Shown piece after piece: positions 27,788 through 38,462 of a DNA stretch of 64,000 bases. Source of the stretch: Squalus acanthias (taxonomy: Eukaryota); assembly GCA_030390025.1 (NCBI GenBank), contig CM059430.1, positions 4,588,001-4,652,000 of the forward strand, read 5' to 3'. The notes under the pieces were generated by a model. The model saw only the letters and a list, made by a program, of their open reading frames with translations. It was not told the origin of the DNA and did no database searches. Both the position numbers and the translations under genes were made by a program. How positions within the stretch are numbered: position 1 is the first letter of the stretch; every line of letters begins with the position of its first letter.

Positions 27788-28320
27788 CCTGACGAAGGAG
27801 CAGCAGCTCCGAAAGCTTGTGATTTCAAATAAAACTGTTGGACTATAACCTGGTGTTGTGCGACTTCTCACTTTTGTCCACCCCAGTCCAACACCGGCAT
27901 AGTGGTTAGCACTGGTGCCTCACAGCGCCAGGGACCCGGGTTCGAATCCGGCCTCGGGTGACTGTCTGTGTGGAGTTTGCACATTCTCCCCGTGTCTGTG
28001 TGGGTTTCCTCCGGGTGCTCCGGTTTCCTCCCATAGTCCAAAAATGTGCGGGTTAGGTTGATTTGGCTATGATAAATTGACCCTTAGTGTTAGGGGGGGA
28101 TTAAATATGTGGGGTTATGGGGATAGGATGGGATATGTTAGGGGGAATTAAATACGTGGGGTTACGGAGGTAGGGTGGGAGATGTGTACTGTGGGGATTA
28201 AAGCAGGGACAGGGTACTGGATTTGAATGATCAGCCATGATCGTATTGAATGGTGGAGCAGGCTCGACGGGCTGAATGGCCTACTCCTGCTCCTAGATTC
28301 TATGTTTCTATCTCCGCATC
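27788..28320 (+). mobile_element. Short Penelope-type terminal element with hammerhead motif, interrupted by a V-SINE
   Basis: CTGACGAAGGAGCAGCAGCTCCGAAAGCTT...CCAGTCCAACACCGGCAT|SINE|CTCCGCATC, flanked by the 11-bp direct repeat ATAAATAACCT (27780-27790 and 28321-28331). Confidence 0.75.
27896..28311 (+). mobile_element. V-SINE (HE1-type), slightly 5'-truncated
   Basis: Near-identical reverse complement of 24337-24774, with B box GGTTCGAATCC, V-domain and CR1 tail TTCTATGTTTCTAT. Confidence 0.92.
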
Positions 28321-28959
28321 ATAAATAACCTCAGTTCAGATGAAGTAGAAAATTTTGCCCTTATTGTTCAACACCTCTTTAATAAAATGCAGCATTATAC
28401 ATCTACATATAGCTGCGCTTTGTTACTGGGGAGATGTCACAAGACACTATTCTGCACTATACACAGAGGACACAATTGGTGATGCAATTACATTGCTGAT
28501 TGCACCTAGTGCTAAGATTTATCATTTTTATCTTAGTTTTAATAAAAACATTTCTGTTTCTCACTGGGCATACGAGGTAGGATGCCTCACCTTGGAGCAA
28601 ATGTGATTTTGTTTCGCACTCTGCAGTAAGAGTGAATGGAATTGATGCTGGGGAAGTCTGCAATTGCTTTTGCTTTCCCTTTCAACTGAATGAAGATGGA
28701 GATGAGACACCTTGATGTGAGAAAGGACAAAAAAGAGAGAAGGTTTGGCATAAAAAATAAATACAATAAGATAAAAAGGACACTGCTGACAAATATCTCT
28801 GGGTTGACCAAAGCAGAATGTGTTTTTCCACCTTTATGGAAAACCAGTCATTTGTTGGTGCACATTCCCTTTTGTTTTTTCGATTTGGAAAATATAATGA
28901 AAACACACAAAATAAGCATATCTCATTCTTTATTCTGTAATACCTGGAGAAGTCTCCCC

Positions 28960-30115
28960 TGACAGTTCAGTTAATTAATGTGAGTAGTTAAGCCATAAAG
29001 ACTAGGAATCTCCCAGCTTCAATCCTTGCTCTGTGTTGAGTTAACTCATTTCAGCCCAGCCGGTGGTAGTGGTATTACAACTGGTCTCAGTATCCCTGGG
29101 CTAGATGGGGGAACATTGGTTGGGCTCCCACTCATAGAAACATAGAAACATAGAAACATAGAAGATAGGAGCAGGAGTAGGCCATTCGGCCCCTCGAGCC
29201 TGCTCCGCCATTCGATGAGATCATGGCTGATCATCCAAACTCAGTACCCTGTACCTGCCTTCTCCCCATATCCCTTGATACCTTTAGCTTTAAGAAATAT
29301 ATCTAACTCATTCTTGAATATATTTAATGACTTGGCCTCAACTACCTTCTGTGGTAGAGAATTCCACAGGTTCACCACTCTCTGGGTGAAGAAATTCCTC
29401 CTCATTTCTGTCCTAAATGGCTTACCCCCTATCCTTAGATTATGAACTCTGGTTCTGGACTCTCCGACCATCGGGAATATCCTTCCTGCATCTAGTTTGT
29501 CCAGACCTGTCAGAATTTTATATGTTTCGATGAGCTCCCCTCTCATTCTTCTATACTCCAGCGAGTATAAGCCCAATCGACCCAATCTCTCCTCATATGT
29601 CATTCCTGCCATCCCAAGTATCAGCCTTGTGAATCTTCGCTGAACTCCCTCCATGGCAAGAACATCCTTCCTCAGATAAGGCGACCAAAACTGCACACAG
29701 TACTCAAGGTGTGGTCTCACCAAGGCCCTGTACAACTGCAGCAGGAAATCCCTGTTCCTATACTCAAACCCTTTCGCTACGAAGGCCAACATACCATTTG
29801 CCTTCTTCACCGCCTGCTGCACCTGCATGCTTACCTTCAGCGACTGGTGCACAAGGACACCCAGGTCTCGTTGCACTTCCCCTTCTCCCAATCTATTGCC
29901 ATTCAGATAATAGTCTGCCTTCCTGTTTTTGACTCCTGAGCACTATCTGGCACCTCTGCTGGAAGTGCATGAGTGGATGTTTGGATCATACGAGGCAGGA
30001 AGCCCCGCCTGCCAAGGCTCACTATCTACGTTCACACATGAAGAGTGGCCATTTGGGTGAGATACTGGAAGATGACTGGGAACCTGTGGCACTATACCCC
30101 AAGAAATCAAGCTGA
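28960..30115 (+). mobile_element. Deu-domain SINE (SacSINE1-like) split by a CR1 insertion (parts 28960-29133 and 29932-30115)
   Basis: The 5' part has a degenerate tRNA-like head (GCTTCAATCC) and CTGTGTTGAGTTAACT. The 3' part contains the Deu-domain-like CACACATGAAGAGTGGCCATTTGGGTGAGATACTGGA...GTGGCACTATACCCCA. Confidence 0.7.
29134..29931 (-). mobile_element. Young 5'-truncated CR1 LINE (ORF2 C-terminus, open for 216 aa at 29241-29891)
   Basis: QRDLGVLVHQSLKVSMQVQQAVKKANGMLAF...LVRPHLEYCVQFWSP...RRMRGELIETYKIL...FFTQRVVNLWNSLP, (CATAGAAA)n tail, ACTC duplicated at both junctions. Confidence 0.95.
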
Positions 30116-30276
30116 TGCACCCTTATAGGCGTCAGCAGCCTGCCTCAGCTATGCAAATGGGCCAGTTCCCAGAGATTTGGGACATGGTCTCCGGGCAAGG
30201 GTGGATGGGGGTTTTTTGCTCCCTTGCACTTACACCGGCCCCAGGAATTTCCAGGCCTATATAGCTAGAAAACCTA

Positions 30277-30470
30277 GGGTGTGAAATTGGACATGGGTAG
30301 GGGGGGGGGACGCAAAACAGGCAGAATTGCATTTGCCGCCCGCTATACGACACGACCGATCTTCAGTTCTACTAAAGTCAACTGAACTGAACATCGGGTG
30401 GAGCGTATAACAAGCGACTGATGGGATTCCACTCGTTTTGTGTCCCAGCCTGTGTCCAATTTTACCCCCC
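30277..30470. mobile_element. Short MITE (~190 bp)
   Basis: TIRs GGGTGTGAAATTGGACA / TGTCCAATTTTACCCCC (15/17), flanked by CTA (or CCTA) on both sides. Confidence 0.75.
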
Positions 30471-30663
30471 CTAATGTCTTGCCTTGTCACACCAGCACCA
30501 AACCATAAGAACCTCGTCACACTTAAAATGTATAAATCATTAAAATGGGTGGAGATTTTTGCAATTTTTTTAGACATTCATGAATTCTTTCCTGTTGCAA
30601 ACAATTTAACAAACTAGTGAATCTCCCATGGAAAAGCTCACACTAGATTGGAAGTTATTCTGT

Positions 30664-31357
30664 GGGCCGGATTTCGCTGTAAGTGGCTAACAAATGGCAC
30701 CCGCCGTTTGTTAGACTTGTACTTGGCCAGAGACTATCTATGGGGTTTTGCACGGCAAGTTGCTGTCAGCGGGACATACAAACGGTGCGGCGCCCTCTAC
30801 GGGCATCTGGGACCTGTGTGAACATGGCAAGCAACTGTGTATCTCCTTAACCAATCAGATTGAGAATTCGCAGATAGCGTCTGAACCAGGAAGTGTAAGT
30901 TAGAATAGTAAATTCAGTGTCAAATCAGGTACAGAGAGCAAAATAGAGGGAAAAAAAGATTGCATTAAGAGAAAGATAAGAGAGAAAGAAAAAGTTAAAA
31001 AATATATATTTTTTTTAAATCTCCAACAATAATTAAAAGCTGAAGGAATGAGACTCCACACTTGTAAAAGTTAATTTTCAGTGCCAGAGGTGTTGTTTGG
31101 CAGTAATTAAGACTTACCACGCTGTTTAAAGGGTGCTTGGACTGAAATGGACAAGCCCTAACTTTTTGTGATGAGTTTAGTCCGTATCTACAACGTCAGT
31201 AGAGGAATTTCACGCTGTTCAATATGTTTGAATGGGGAGCCAGAAAGCAAGATGGCGTTTTTACGCAGCTTATGGAGCAGCGGTGCATCTCGGACAGTAA
31301 CTTCCGCATATTCGCATTTAACTGCATCATCGTTATTTTCGCAGCAAAATCTGGCCC
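30664..31357 (-). mobile_element. Harbinger-type MITE, family A (reverse orientation)
   Basis: TIRs GGGCCGGATTTCGCTG / CAGCAAAATCTGGCCC (14/16). Internal CCAATCAGATTGAGAATTC...CCAGGAAGT is the reverse complement of the motif in the 18869 and 56747 copies. Confidence 0.8.
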
Positions 31358-31397
31358 ATTCTGTTTTATAAGGACAGTAGTCTTACACCATGTAATG

Positions 31398-31398
<1 letters not shown>

Positions 31399-31435
<37 letters not shown>
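31399..31435. repeat. (AC)n microsatellite
   Basis: Direct reading. Confidence 0.95.
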
Positions 31436-31436
<1 letters not shown>

Positions 31437-32329
31437 CAATGTGTGGGAAATCACATGTATAATAAGCGATGGGTAAAATTAAATGGATGAAAGACAACTT
31501 AAAGGTAAGTGGCTGCATATGGATGCCGGTAGGCTTTACAAAGACTTCTAATATTTTCAGTGTATATTTCTACCTTTTTTAAAAATTGCTTGGGTCACAA
31601 GAATGTCTTGCAGAACCCAGAAGCTGGCACAATAATGTGGAAGCAGGAAGCCAAGTCTTTAGCCAAGGGATAGCATGGTGCAAAAATTGAACCCTGACTT
31701 TCCTGGCTGGCAGTGAGGTGGTGGTGTTGCATAAGGTGTTAGTGAAGTTGATGCTGCTACTTGCTATACCAAGGCATCGTGCCCATAGGATACATAGCAG
31801 CAGGCCTAGAAGGAGGCAGAGGCAGAGAATTGGAGGGCACAGCTGTCCTTTACTGCTACTGGCAATGCCAGTTCCATGATCCATATTATCTGCAGATGTC
31901 CTTGCTGCAGATGGTTTAGCAGGGTCACTATTCACTGGTGACTCGCAGCATCTGCAGGCAGTGAATCCAGATGTGTGAGCCTCTGCCAGTAAACGTGGTT
32001 GTGCGTGTACAGATGGATTAGCGCGGTGTGTCTCTGGTGCAGTCCGAGCTGCCTGGCATTCCTCCATTCCTACCCCCTCCTCTCCTTTTCCCCCAAAGAC
32101 AGATGTAAAGGTGCATTCCCATGAGATTGTCCATTGTGGCAACACTGTGGACGTTCTAAAACACCTGGCATGGAGCTCTCTGAGTTGACTGGGACAGATG
32201 TGAAAATACAACTAAAAAAAGCTAGAAAACGGTAAAAGGCCTTTAAAAAGCCTCTTCAGGCGCATTTACACGTACAACCTAGAAGCTGGCAGCTGTCCTT
32301 CATTCTGCCAATGCATTTCACACTTCTTT

Positions 32330-32634
32330 TAGCCTCAACCTGTCACATTAACACCTCCTCTTGCCTCGATCATCTCTTAATGTCTCTCAATGTCTCTTAA
32401 TCTCTCCTTTTGTTCTTTCATCCCCTCCCCCTTTTCCCAGCTTTATCCTTGCTTTAAATCTATTTAATTTCCTGCTTTTTACCAGTTCTGACGAAAGGTC
32501 TTCGACCTGAAACGTTAACTCTGTTTCTCTCTCCACGGATGCTGCCTGGCCTGCTGAGTTTTTCCAGCGTTTTCTGTTGTTATTTCGGATTTCCAACATC
32601 CGCAGTATTTTGCTATCGCAACAGCGTTCAGCAA
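32330..32634 (+). mobile_element. Penelope-like 3' terminal (pLTR) fragment
   Basis: Pyrimidine-rich tract, then CAGTTCTGACGAAAGGTCTTCGACCTGAAACGTTAACTCTGTTTCTCTCTCCACGGATGCTGCCTGGCCTGCTGAG, homologous to the end of the 14935-16230 PLE relic. Confidence 0.75.
32484..32520 (+). ncRNA. Minimal type I hammerhead ribozyme motif
   Basis: Stem I AGTT/AACT, core CTGACGA (32488-94), stem II AGGTC-ttc-GACCT, GAAA (32509-12), palindromic stem III AACGTT, cleavage triplet GUU. Confidence 0.7.
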
Positions 32635-33880
32635 TCCTGGAAGTCCATTTTATATGTGATGGTTTATAACTCGGTGCTGCTCCAGTGCAAACTCTGGGGC
32701 CTCATTTATATGTTGCAACCGAGAAACTGGCAGATGCTTCCAGTGCTGGTTGCAAACCTGACCAGAAAATTAAGTGGAGTGCTACATGAGGAGAGATCCA
32801 GCGTACGTTACCTCCACCCACATATCTGTGCCGTTACATCTATTTATCCACATCTAGCACCACCCCCATAAAAAATACATCTGTGCCCCAAAATAATTAT
32901 TTTAAATGTGTTACATATTAAACATAAAAATAATGTGAGTATGAATCAGTTTTTCTCGTGATGTTAATCCTGGATTAACATCCCCTGACATTTTTTGATT
33001 GCTTCTGTTAAGAATTTGAGTTCACAAAATGTAACAAATAGTGGGAAACCTTCTCACTTGTCTGAATTCGAAGTTTGTTGTTTAATATTTATTTTGAGTG
33101 CAGAAACTGGCACGCAGACAAGGAAGGTATCCTGATTAAAACATTTTCAGGCTTAAAATATTTGGACAGGAATACAATGATGTCTTATAGTATTACAGTT
33201 GTTGTTGACACCTCGCAATTAAGTTTGGGGAATGTTATTTCGATACTAATTGAATTTTCCACGGGAGGGTAGCAATGATGCTGGGGAGGGAAAGAGTGAT
33301 GACCCTCGGAAAACAACAGTAAGCCTAAGGAATAAAGTGGCAGCAGGGGACAGACCTGAACATGAAGTAGTGTGTCAGAGGGCACGACAGTCTGATTTCA
33401 TTAGGATCAGCCTTTTTTAACAACTTATTTTAATCATATGCAGCATCTTTGACATGGAAGAAACATTAAAAAAGCCTGTTATGACACGCAATGTCATGAC
33501 AAAAAAAATCCTATAATGTGCGACATTAAAAAGGTTATTTGATCAGACAAAAGAATTCAGTGTGCTTGACAGCCTATAAAATAAGGCATTAAGACAGTTG
33601 AAAAGTTGATTACAAGTTAGCTCACAGAATTAAACACAGGCTTTTTGTTTGGCTGGGATAAGACAAGCTGCTTGAAAAACACTTCATGATAACTGCTCCT
33701 GGTATCCTGAAGTTTGGGGATTTTTAACTCAAAAATCTGGTTCAAGATTATTTCTTCTGTAATATTAAAAAGTTATGCAAATTGCAGAGCAGTATAAAAG
33801 GAGTATCCTCTTAATAAGCATTCAACAAGGCGTTGAAACTACCAAATCCTGTTGTTGCTTGGAGCTACGTTCGAGACTAA

Positions 33881-34400
33881 GGGCTGGATTTTCAATGACC
33901 CGTGGAGTCGGGTTTGGAGGCGTGTGGGGGGTTAAAGTTGCAGATTCGGGGGTCCCGACCCCATCCCGACTCCACGCAATTTTGATAAAATCGTGTCGCG
34001 GTGTTCCCGACTCCGTCCCACCTCCAAGAGGCGGGAGAGGCCATACAACCCTAAATTGGCTCTGTAATGCCATTTTGAAACGTTTTAGCTAGTTTAACCC
34101 TTTTCCGACGTGAAAATCTCTCTCTCTCTCTCTCTCCATTTTGCATCCAGATCCTCTCACAGCAAAGGTCAGGCAATCTCTGAGGCCAGACCAGGCAGTC
34201 TCTGACCTACAATGATGACATCATCAGAGGCGACTTTCAGACTGAAAACACTAATTGGTTCATGGGTTCCCACATGCTGGAACTCAATTGCCCAATTAAG
34301 TGAAAATTGCATCAATCTCCCACATCCAATTTCAGGCGGGTGGATAACACGAAATGCGGATGACACGACCCCAACCCGACCCCAAGACAAAATCCAGCCC
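33881..34400. mobile_element. Harbinger-type MITE, family B
   Basis: Perfect TIR GGGCTGGATTTT / AAAATCCAGCCC, and the first ~95 bp nearly match the 52061 copy. Confidence 0.8.
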
Positions 34401-34556
34401 TTTGTGATTTGTACTCAGCAATCACAATGTTACAATCAATAAGGCTTGTGCAAAAAATCTCAACCAATAGTATTGTGGAATTCATGTGAAATTTGTAGAA
34501 CTTAAACTGTGCTTCTGCACCCACAGTTTCTTCACAAGTACTGTATCCCGATTAAG

Positions 34557-34922
34557 CAACGCCTCGGCTTTAAAATTCTCATGGCCTCACCCCTCCCTAT
34601 CTCTGGAATCTCCTCCAGCCCATAACCCTCCAAGATCTCTGCGCTCCTCTAATTCTGGCCTCTTGAGCATCCCCGATTTTAATCGCTCCACCATTGGTGG
34701 CCGTGCCTTCTGTTGCTGACACCCTAATCTCTGGAATTCCCTGCCTAAACCTCTCTACCGCTCATTCCTCCTTTAAGACGCTACTTAAAACCTACCACTT
34801 TGTCTGCCCTAATTCCTCCTTATGTGGCTCGGTGTCAAATTTCATTTTATAACGCTCCTGTGAAGCGCCTTGGGACGTTTTACTACATTAAAAGGCGCTA
34901 TATAAATACAAGTTGTTGTTGT
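34557..34922 (+). mobile_element. L2 LINE 3' end
   Basis: TTTAAAATTCTCAT...CTCTGCGCTCCTCTAATTCTGGCCTCTTG...GGTGGCCGTGCCTTC...CTCTGGAATTCCCT, ending GTGAAGCGCCTTGGGACG...GCGCTATATAAATACAAGTTGTTGTTGT. Confidence 0.85.
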
Positions 34923-35048
34923 AAAGTGACCTTCATTGTGTATTGAACTTCAAGCACAAGTACACAATGCATTATAAAGACACTAGAAAAATCTAAGAAA
35001 AACTAAACTGTCAAGGAATTTGTCTGTTTCTCTTAGAGTAAGATTATT

Positions 35049-35804
35049 GGCCCGTATTTTCCGATCACAGGCCTCCCGCGGGCGGAGGCCTGCGATCTGG
35101 AAAAATCTGCGCCCTTACCTGAGGGCTCCCAGGACGCACACACCTCCGCTCCTGAAACCTCACCAAACTGCAAGTGCGCAGGGCCCACGTATCCCAGAGG
35201 CGCAGGTAGTTCACAGCGTCCCTGGGATCACGTGGGCCATGGGGAGCCAATCACAGAAGGGAATCTCCCTTCATACATTTGACAGGAAGACCTGTCAAAT
35301 ATATGAATGGAGATCACCCCAAAACATAGTAAAACTTTAAATAAATTTAAAAAAACATCACATTTTTAAAATGACTTGAAATTACAATAAATTAAGTATT
35401 TTAAACAAAAATGTAACCTTTTGAAAAAAATAATTGAAGTTTTTTACAGGGCTAAAAATAAACTTACCTTTTTTAAAAGTATTTTTAAATGATAAATCAG
35501 TGAAATTTTTTTTAAAAACTTTTTTGAACTCTTATCCTGGTAAAAGCAGGCCTTACGCCTGCTTTTACCAGGCGTAAGAATTGTAAGTGTTTTCTGCGGG
35601 CGGAGGGTCTCCAAAAAGCAGAACTATCTGCCCACAGTGGCCCTTCTCCAGGGCAGCCGGAGGATCTGTCAAGAGCTTTCTTGACAGATCGGAAATGCCG
35701 GTTTTCAGCGCATGCGCTGTGCATGCCTGAAACTGGCATTTCCGATGTCCCTACGGGTGGGTACACAGCGCGTACCCACCCGTAGGGATCGGAATATCTA
35801 GGCC
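35049..35804. mobile_element. Harbinger-type MITE, family C, hairpin-rich
   Basis: TIRs GGCCCGTATTTTCCGATC / GATCGGAATATCTAGGCC, with ATT (ATTATT) on both flanks. Confidence 0.85.
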
Positions 35805-35989
35805 ATTATTTCATTATTGAAAGTTTTTTGATTATCTGACTTTTAAATGACCAGTGTGTAAAACCCAGTCTAAAGGGACGATTCCATGATGCCTGCAGGG
35901 AGCAGTTTCACCTTCATTCAAGTGTTTATAACCTATAATCCTAGTCTTAATGGAAATTTTAACCCAGGTGACTACCATTTGTGCTCAAA

Positions 35990-36494
35990 TTTTTATGCCA
36001 ATTTGAACTGTGATGATTCCACAATCTCATAATCCCAGTGGGAAAGCCATGTTTGCAGGGAACCCAGTCTGGGCATTGGGCTGCAAGACTGTATCCTGGC
36101 CCATGCTGTCTACGATCACGGCTCCCTGCAGGTTTCTGAGGGCAGTGAAGCTCTGCATAATGGGTTTCTCCATCTGATGTTCCAGCGCATGTTGAAGCCA
36201 GATAGGAAAGCCTTTTGTAATTGAGCGCACGAGGCATCTTAGTATTCACCAGAAGCACTCCAATCAGTTTTAGGGCCTCTAACACAGGAAACTCCACTGC
36301 GGATGGCACTGAAGTTGCCATAGACGCCATGCTGGACTGCACAATCATGTATAATCAAGGATGTGGGCAGTGGATTCCTGCACAGTCACCAGCAGACCTT
36401 GCAGTGTGTTTGGCACACTCTCTAATGACAGCAAGCAATCTGATTGATCGAATAGCATTCTTCTTTTAAATGTAGACCCTGGGAAGTCTGGATT
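35990..36494 (-). pseudogene. Possible relic of a Harbinger Myb-protein C-terminal coding region
   Basis: Minus-strand 36494-36345 reads NPDFPGSTFKRRMLFDQSDCLLSLESVPNTLQGLLVTVQESTAHILDYT*, an amphipathic stretch resembling (from memory only) the C-termini of fish Harbinger Myb proteins. Unverified. Confidence 0.35.
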
Positions 36495-36499
36495 TTTTC

Positions 36500-36838
36500 T
36501 TAGGATGTGGGCAACGTCGGCAAGGTTGCATTTTATTGCCCATCTCTATTTGCCTAGAGAAAAGTGGTGAGTCGTTTTTGTGAGAAATTGTTTATACAAC
36601 TGAGTGGCTTACTCAGCCACTTCAGATGGCATTAAGAATAAACCATGTAGTGTGAGCAAGAGTCATGTGCAGAGTGGTTATTGATGGAGGTTCCTTTCTT
36701 TCAAAGGCGTTAGTAAACCAGTTGGGTTTTAATGACAACGCAGCAGTGATCATGGTCATTTCTTCTGCTGGTCATCGACAAATTACCAAATGTATTGAAT
36801 CCATTTTCATATCTTGCCTTGGTGGGATTTGAACTCAT
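36500..36838 (-). mobile_element. Degenerate tRNA-SINE with LINE-derived tail
   Basis: The B-box reverse complement GGGATTTGAACTC is at the right end and the LINE-tail-like GGATGTGGGC...GCATTTTATTGCCCATC at the left end. Confidence 0.6.
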
Positions 36839-37215
36839 GGGCCCCGTTTTTAACTGTTCCCGCCTGGCGGAAGCCTCGCAGTTAAAAAATAAGGCGAGTC
36901 ACTTACCCCCTCTGATCCTACTACCTTCCCGCCGTGTCCCGATCTTAACCTGCTGTTTTGAGCAGGCGAACAGGACACCCGCAGGAGGAAGCGGGTCCGA
37001 CGTTCAATATGCAGATCGGGTCCGATGCTGTAACTGCGGGCTATTGCTCATCACCTGCTAACGACAAGCTTCCACTGGCGAGCCCAACCCGGGCTGGGAG
37101 CTCACGACAAATAATTTGCATAGCTGATCCTGTGATGTTGGTCTTGCGTGAATTCAGCGTGCGCAAGGCTCACTTGGCCTTGGTGCTGACCCACCAGGAT
37201 TGGAAAAATTGGCCC
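36839..37215. mobile_element. TIR element related to 12502-13184
   Basis: Starts GGGCCCCGTTTTTAAC and ends GAAAAATTGGCCC, with the shared internal motif AATATGCAGATCGGGTCCGATG. Confidence 0.6.
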
Positions 37216-37419
37216 GAATGTGTTTGATGCCAGATTTCCACCTGCCTATAAACTTTTGCCTGTGGTATTATAGGTAACATCTTTTGTGCCTGTGACTTGA
37301 TCATAAGAGGAATTTGAGGGGAACGATGCATTTCAAAATGCTCTGAAGATGTATTAATGACACCACAATTTCCAGATATTGTTATTGTCATGCCTGCGAG
37401 CAACTTCAAATTTGAATGT

Positions 37420-37810
37420 CGAAAACATCCCAAGACACTTTACAGAGGGAAAGAAAACAATAGGAATATATAGATAAGGAAACAGATGGTGAGCTACGGA
37501 GTGAGAGATTAGCAAAAATTACCAAAGGTCTGGTCAAAAGATGGGCTTTAAAAGGTGGAATGAGAAGAGAGGTAGAGGGGTTTAGGGAAGAAATTCTGGA
37601 GAGTAGGACCAAGAAGCCTGAAAGATGTACTGCCAATGGCAGGGTGAAGGGAGGAGGGGATGTACAAAGAGGTGGAGTTAGAGAACTGAAGGGTGTGGGA
37701 GGGGATATATGCCTGGAGGAAGTGCATAGATAGGGTGGGACAGGGTCATGGAGGGATCTGTAGACAAGCATAAGAATTTTAAATGTAATGCGTTTGGAGA
37801 TTGGAGCGAT
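37420..37810 (-). mobile_element. L2 LINE 3' fragment
   Basis: Minus-strand RITFKILMLVYRSLHDPVPPYL and the 3' motif GTAAAGTGTCTTGGGATG. Confidence 0.75.
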
Positions 37811-37985
37811 GGAAGTGTAACCACAAACGTGGTCCCATGACAGATACAATGGAACGTCTCACTGGGCGTTGAACATTAAGAATAGGACACATTAACGACA
37901 TTGCAACACAGAATCAGCATTCCAGGGCTATATTGGGTAAACTCTACCTGTATTGCTGCAAAAATCAAAACTTAGAACAAAGGCA

Positions 37986-38098
37986 GGGGGTTAAACGGGT
38001 CAACATCAGTAGCACAACGGGCTGATAGCAAATTGGCTGCCAAATCAGGCACGGTGTAAAATGATCCGTGCTACTGGCATTGACCAATTTCACTCCCC
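37986..38098. mobile_element. Short palindromic MITE
   Basis: Left end GGGGGTTAAACGGGTCAACATCAGTAGCAC; right end, reverse-complemented, GGGGAGTGAAATTGGTCAATGCCAGTAGCAC. Confidence 0.6.
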
Positions 38099-38462
38099 AT
38101 AAAGTTTAAATACTTTCTCACTTGACATAGTTTGGAGGCTAATATCATATAATTTCTTATTCCAACTGATGACCTAATCATTACAGAATGTTCAGCTACT
38201 TCACAAATATTTAATATCTGAAACTTTGTCACACATGAATTGTAAGGTTATCCTTACAATAGTGGCCTGGGTTCTCCTCTCAGTTACTGCTGTTTTTATG
38301 GCGCATGAGAGGCAATAAACAAAGTCCTTAAAGGCTAGCGCCTCAAATCTGCCATCAAAGGGGCACTTCGGTTTGGACAGCTCAGCGTCGGTTTACTGTT
38401 CCCCAGCTTTCATTTCAACATTCAACATGTGTGCCATGCAGTTTAGGCACATTGACAGAGCA

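Noticed and set aside
29241-29891. 216-aa ORF as a host gene
   Set aside because: It is the C-terminus of CR1 ORF2 in a truncated LINE
31579-32211. 210-aa ORF as a host gene
   Set aside because: Starts at TTG, has no recognisable domain and a Cys/Ser-rich random-like composition. A GC-richer patch readily yields such an ORF
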